Source: Phoronis australis (Eukaryota > Animalia > Phoronida). From it: a DNA stretch of 64,000 bases. The notes beneath the pieces were generated by a model, which saw only the letters and a list, made by a program, of their open reading frames with translations, made no database searches and had not been told where the DNA came from. Both the position numbers and the translations under genes were made by a program. The stretch's first letter is position 1, and every line of letters starts with the position of its first letter. Shown here one piece after another: positions 59,101-64,000 of the stretch. The DNA lies in the NCBI GenBank assembly GCA_002633005.1, contig NMRA01000003.1, forward strand, positions 843,452-907,451, written 5' to 3'.

Positions 59101-62100
59101 TATAAGCAACTATTAGTGACGACACTGCCCTTTAATTGTTGACAATAACAGTAGACCCTGACGATAACTTCTATGAGATTGAAGTTGACCATTCATACCG
59201 CAACGCTGCATCAATGCTTTGCTGTTTGCTACAAAATTAACAGAGGACCGAATTTAACCATTGATACTGACCGTATTAAACCATTGATACTGACCGCAAC
59301 TCCCCAAGACATCGACGCGTCGACATTCGTATAAAAGGGCCTTGAAAGATTTATAAATTACCATGCCTACTGGACTTGAATCCCAGCTAAGGTCACATGA
59401 GGTTATGCATATATCCATCAGGTAGTAGATATACAATCCAAGTTAGGTGACAAAACATTGTTTCATAACTCAAAAATTATCAACCGAATTATTTTTGATA
59501 TTTCCAACATTTTAGTTGAAATTGAAAACACAGTAAGTGACTATAGTACCATCAGACTTTTATCAGTAATGTATCAAATTATGAGTCCACAACTCAATAC
59601 TTTTTCATTGTAACAGCAGTTTGTGGTCATAAACAAGCCCTTTAGTGACTTCATTCACTAATGAAGACATTTCTGAGAGAAATTCACTTGCATTCTTAAA
59701 ATTACAGAAGTATTCACTAGACCAGAGTTAATCAGAAAACACTCCACACATTTCTCATCTTCCAAATGAAGTTATCTGCCAAGACCATACTGAGAACAGC
59801 TGGTGAGTGGTTAGAAGATCCATCAAGATAGTGTATTGAAGACCTGCCAATAGAACCGCCAAACAGTAATACCCATTCACAAACTGGATAAAATCCTAGC
59901 GTTTTCACTAATGTCGAGCCACTACGTCGATGTCCACAATTGGCTATAAAGCCAGACTGGCTTTTCCACCACTCAAGCGAACCTAGTAAAGGAGCAGCCA
60001 AGGTTATGGACATGACTTGAACAGAGCTCCATTTCATGAAACTGTTTTAGTCTAAACTTATCGAAATAACAATGCCGTTACATTACCAGCAATTCGTAAA
60101 CTAGGTCATCCGCCAGGTTCTCTGCGTAAACTAGGTCATCGCTTATGGACCAGTTAGCGCTTCACTGTCCGCGTGTCTCACTGGAGAGAAGCACCAGAAA
60201 GGTTGTTCTACATTTTGTAGCCCAAAATTACCAAAGTTCAAATATATTCCGTTAAAAAGGAAAGACAAAACATATTATTACAGATGTCTGGCCAATATCA
60301 TGAGCCACCACTCGTAAGCAAATCAAAGCTGTCCTTACTCGTTGCCTTATCTCGCACTACCTCAATCGACTAGTTTTCAGTTCGCAATGCAACAATACAA
60401 TTCTCATAAATTCAACTTGTAATGACCCCTTTCAATTTTAAACCATGCCCGAAGTACTCGGAAACAAATTATTGTTAGGTACAACGAGGTTTTTTCCCTG
60501 AAGTGGATCGTAAACATCCCAGGTGAGTTTTCCGCACACTGCTACTTTGGTTTAGAGCTGAATTTTAGCTCCCATACTACTATGGGCCGGGCCGGTCAAG
60601 GGCCAATTCCCCCGTGTACGCACTACTTATAGCATTGGAATCAAACTGCTATATATAGAGAAAACGTTTATTACTATACAGGTGTGAATATTATCAGTGA
60701 TTTAACCAAAAACTTCGAATTAACTAGACCCACTAATGGTAGTCTATGATGATAAACTGATATCAAAAGGCCAAAATTGGCAATTTTCGGCGACCCCATG
60801 TTAAATACAAAATTTTGTTCAATTTTCTTCAAACTCCTACATTTCAATCTTGATTATACTGACATCTGTTAGGTCTATCGGCAACTAACCGCACATGAAA
60901 AGCTTGGTCGAAAATTATCGTTTTCTCACATGCACTTTCGGGTTTTTAGCGGCGATTCCACTGATCGAAGCGACAAAATAAGCCAAAACTTTGGCCATAC
61001 CATGTTAAACATAATTTTTTTCCAATTTTGCTGAAACTTGGCCACGTTTTTAACAAAATACTTATCTATGTTATGTGCTATCGGCAAATGTGATTCATTC
61101 ACAAATAAGACCCTCACGCTGTGTTTTCTGCGAATGCCATGTATCCTGAAGGGGGCTAACCGAGTGATTTTCGTGCATGCGCAGTTCACGGTTTCAATAT
61201 TGCTGGTAATGATTCCATCACATGTTATGTTGCACTTGTTGAACAATGCTGTTGATGTCGTCACACCAACAATCAAACTTAAGCTTTTCATGAAAAGGAG
61301 TCCTGGCCACAGAGTCTCAATATAGCTTCCAGATTGAAATATTGAGAAGGTATTCAGAATTTAAGATGTCGAACGAAAAGTACAAATCTTGGGAAGAACT
61401 CCAACTGCTGAATTTGTGGGATGAAATTAGGATATCCCAACACCATGCCGCATAATAAACAACAACCATTTAAGAGACTGAACATAATTAAAATGGACTC
61501 AACAGGCCCAACTGCAGGTAACTGCTAAAACTAGTTTTTCACACCTTTGTTCCCATAATGTAGCCTTTTAATATTTGTAGAGGTTTTAACCACAAAAGAA
61601 TTGCTGGTTGAATTATAAAGTGAGTTAATCTTCAAATGATATGAAACCTAATCATGATGGTCAGTTCTGTAGCAAAAATGTATTCTTCAAGTTACGTTCC
61701 TCATCTATCAAGTGAACCTCTTCATAAGGGAATTTAATTGGAAAAGTAATCTTTTCAAAGGAAATGTGACAATGACAGAAGCAGGCACTCATCTGAATGT
61801 CAGAACCTCACCTCTGCTCATGTAAATATTCCTTTAGGTAAAATTATTTTTCCAACTAAATCCAAGAAAATTTAAGAAATATGACTCCCAACTTCTCTAT
61901 TTGATTTCGTTCATTTTATGTATGACCTTTGTGACAACACAAGATACAGGTAAATGGTCAACATTCAACATAAGTTGATATATAGCAAAGAATTATGCAT
62001 AAGATCAAATACACAGTAAGTGACATTCCAAGGGATGCAGGAAGTCCAAATGATGGATTACCATAGCTATATATACACATAAAGCTTAAGGTGAATGCCA

Positions 62101-64000
62101 TCTACCTGAGCTAACCAGTCAGGTAAACTATGCCATGTGGTATTGCGTTAGGTAATAGACTGGGGTAGACAGCTGTAAAGTAATGAACTATCCTAGGACA
62201 TTTGAGCAGAATATCTTAATTACAGAAAACCTTCTGTAGATATCCAGATGTACCAATTTGGTTTGAATTATTATTCCATCTGAAAGCAATTGGTTAAACA
62301 CTAGCTACCAAAGGGAAAGATTTTTAAGAACAGCGTAAACAATTATGGTAGTGGCTTTTCATAAAGTTTTAATGCTTCACACAACAGTGCCTTCAAACTT
62401 CAGCTTAACAATCTTCTGGGTAAGAGAAAATTTCAATGCTTGCATCACAAATTCCATAGTTGTTGGACTAGGGCCTGGAGGGGTCACTCATCATATTGAA
62501 AAGGTGCCATCAGGCGTGTACCAAACATTGCTGAAAGACCCCCTATTGTGGATGCCAGGTCTAATAATTCCCACCCCCTTTTGTGGATTAGATTTTTCTG
62601 TCCCACCCCCACGAAATGGAAATTTAGGTGCCTATTAGACTCCGCGCGGCCCACAAAACTTGCTGAAAAGGTACCGCCTACCCACAATTTTTACTACACG
62701 CCTGCAGGCACCTTGTCAATCCAAGTGACCACCTCCTGGACTAAGGTGCAAGCCCCTTGATTCATTCATGATATGTGTGACTGAAAGCATTTTATAATTA
62801 GGCGATGAGAAAGCACAATTTGTCTGCATCTCAGCTGGAGAGACCTATCTGTGTGCCATAAGGCATGAGATTTATCTGGCTTTCAAGAATCTATACCCCA
62901 CATAACCTAATGAGCCCTGAACAGGAAAACATTGATTACACAATAGTTAGGATTTCTGACAGAGACATGAACATCAATACTTGATGGTGTTTGGTAGATG
63001 ACAGGCACACCAGTTTGTTCTAAAAACACAGAAGGACACTGGTGCCTGTGACTTACAGGAAATGTGAACAATCCATTAATAACCACAAGAACAGTCTACC
63101 ATTCATGGTAGAATGTTCTTAACAATTGAAGGATCCACTTCATAACACTCAATAACCATAAGTAAATCAACAGATAAATCCTCAAATGACAAACCCAGCA
63201 AAAATACAAACTAAATAATATCAGATTAACTGAACTGTTCGTTTTATATTATGTGTGTCACATTTGACAACTTATGTGAAGCCCTAATGATAGTCCCCTC
63301 CAATACCCTCATACTCACCACATTCAATACAGTATCTGTGAACATTCAAACAGGAGCTGATCCATACCAACAACATCGAAGGAGGTATATCAATACAATG
63401 GTCCACAAGAGTACTGAAGTTGACATATGATTCATTCACTCCTATCACAAATTCATAAGTATTTTGAAGCTCACTTGAAAATCGCCTCCAACTAATTACA
63501 AAGTTTCACAGAAACCAAGTGTAGTGACTACCTATTCCCAAAGAAATTATAGACAGTGCTTTTACATAAAATGCCAGCATGCACTAATTACTTACTTCAT
63601 TAAGCAGGCCAGCATGGGCTTGGAACCAGCCTATACCTATTGACTGCAGCTAAATAGTTATGATAACATTCTCAATTCAAATTTCGGTGTCTCTGAGCAC
63701 AGTAATAATTTGTCAAAATCACTGAATAAAGTATGGGCTGGGACTGATTTCACACACAGCGGCAAATGTTAAACTTCAAAAGATTTATGATACTGAAAAT
63801 CATCAAAGACATGCAGGTGCACATGCACCAAGGGCACCTTTGAGCACAAATTAAACATGATGAACATTTTCAACAAAAGACAACCCTACTTTCCATTTCA
63901 GGAAATGGCAACACAACATTTTATTACGGTATTTGACATGGACCATCTTTCGCCTAACAGACCACGTGTTCATCAATTTTTGATTGATTAGGTATTTGAA

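Overview
AT-rich, intron-rich animal DNA from a draft assembly, with single-N joins at 4302, 12932, 25230, 32581, 36053 and 53026 and a gap at about 16193-16315. It is probably a marine invertebrate, but the taxon cannot be determined from sequence alone. Three gene units are visible. (1) The last four coding exons of an OATP/SLCO organic-anion transporter (+, 3502-7076). (2) A compact cluster of intronless genes for cell-surface proteins with an unusual architecture: signal peptide, 2-3 atypical kringles, an Ig-like domain, a stalk and a C-terminal hydrophobic (GPI/TM) tail (+; 11885-12931 partial, 13998-15683, 16541-17881). (3) A convergent multi-exon membrane-collagen gene (MACIT, collagen XIII/XXIII/XXV / COL-99 type) on the - strand, with 21 coding exons found between 22415 and 51929; its N-terminal exon(s) were not found. 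Introns and intergenic DNA contain many non-autonomous DNA transposons (TIR elements, MITEs, Helentron-like elements) and short tandem repeats. The most notable item is the kringle-Ig family: it has a shared insert in every kringle, an altered lysine-binding site and a conserved pair of extra cysteines. Two tandem near-identical segments joined at single Ns may be uncollapsed haplotypes rather than real duplications.
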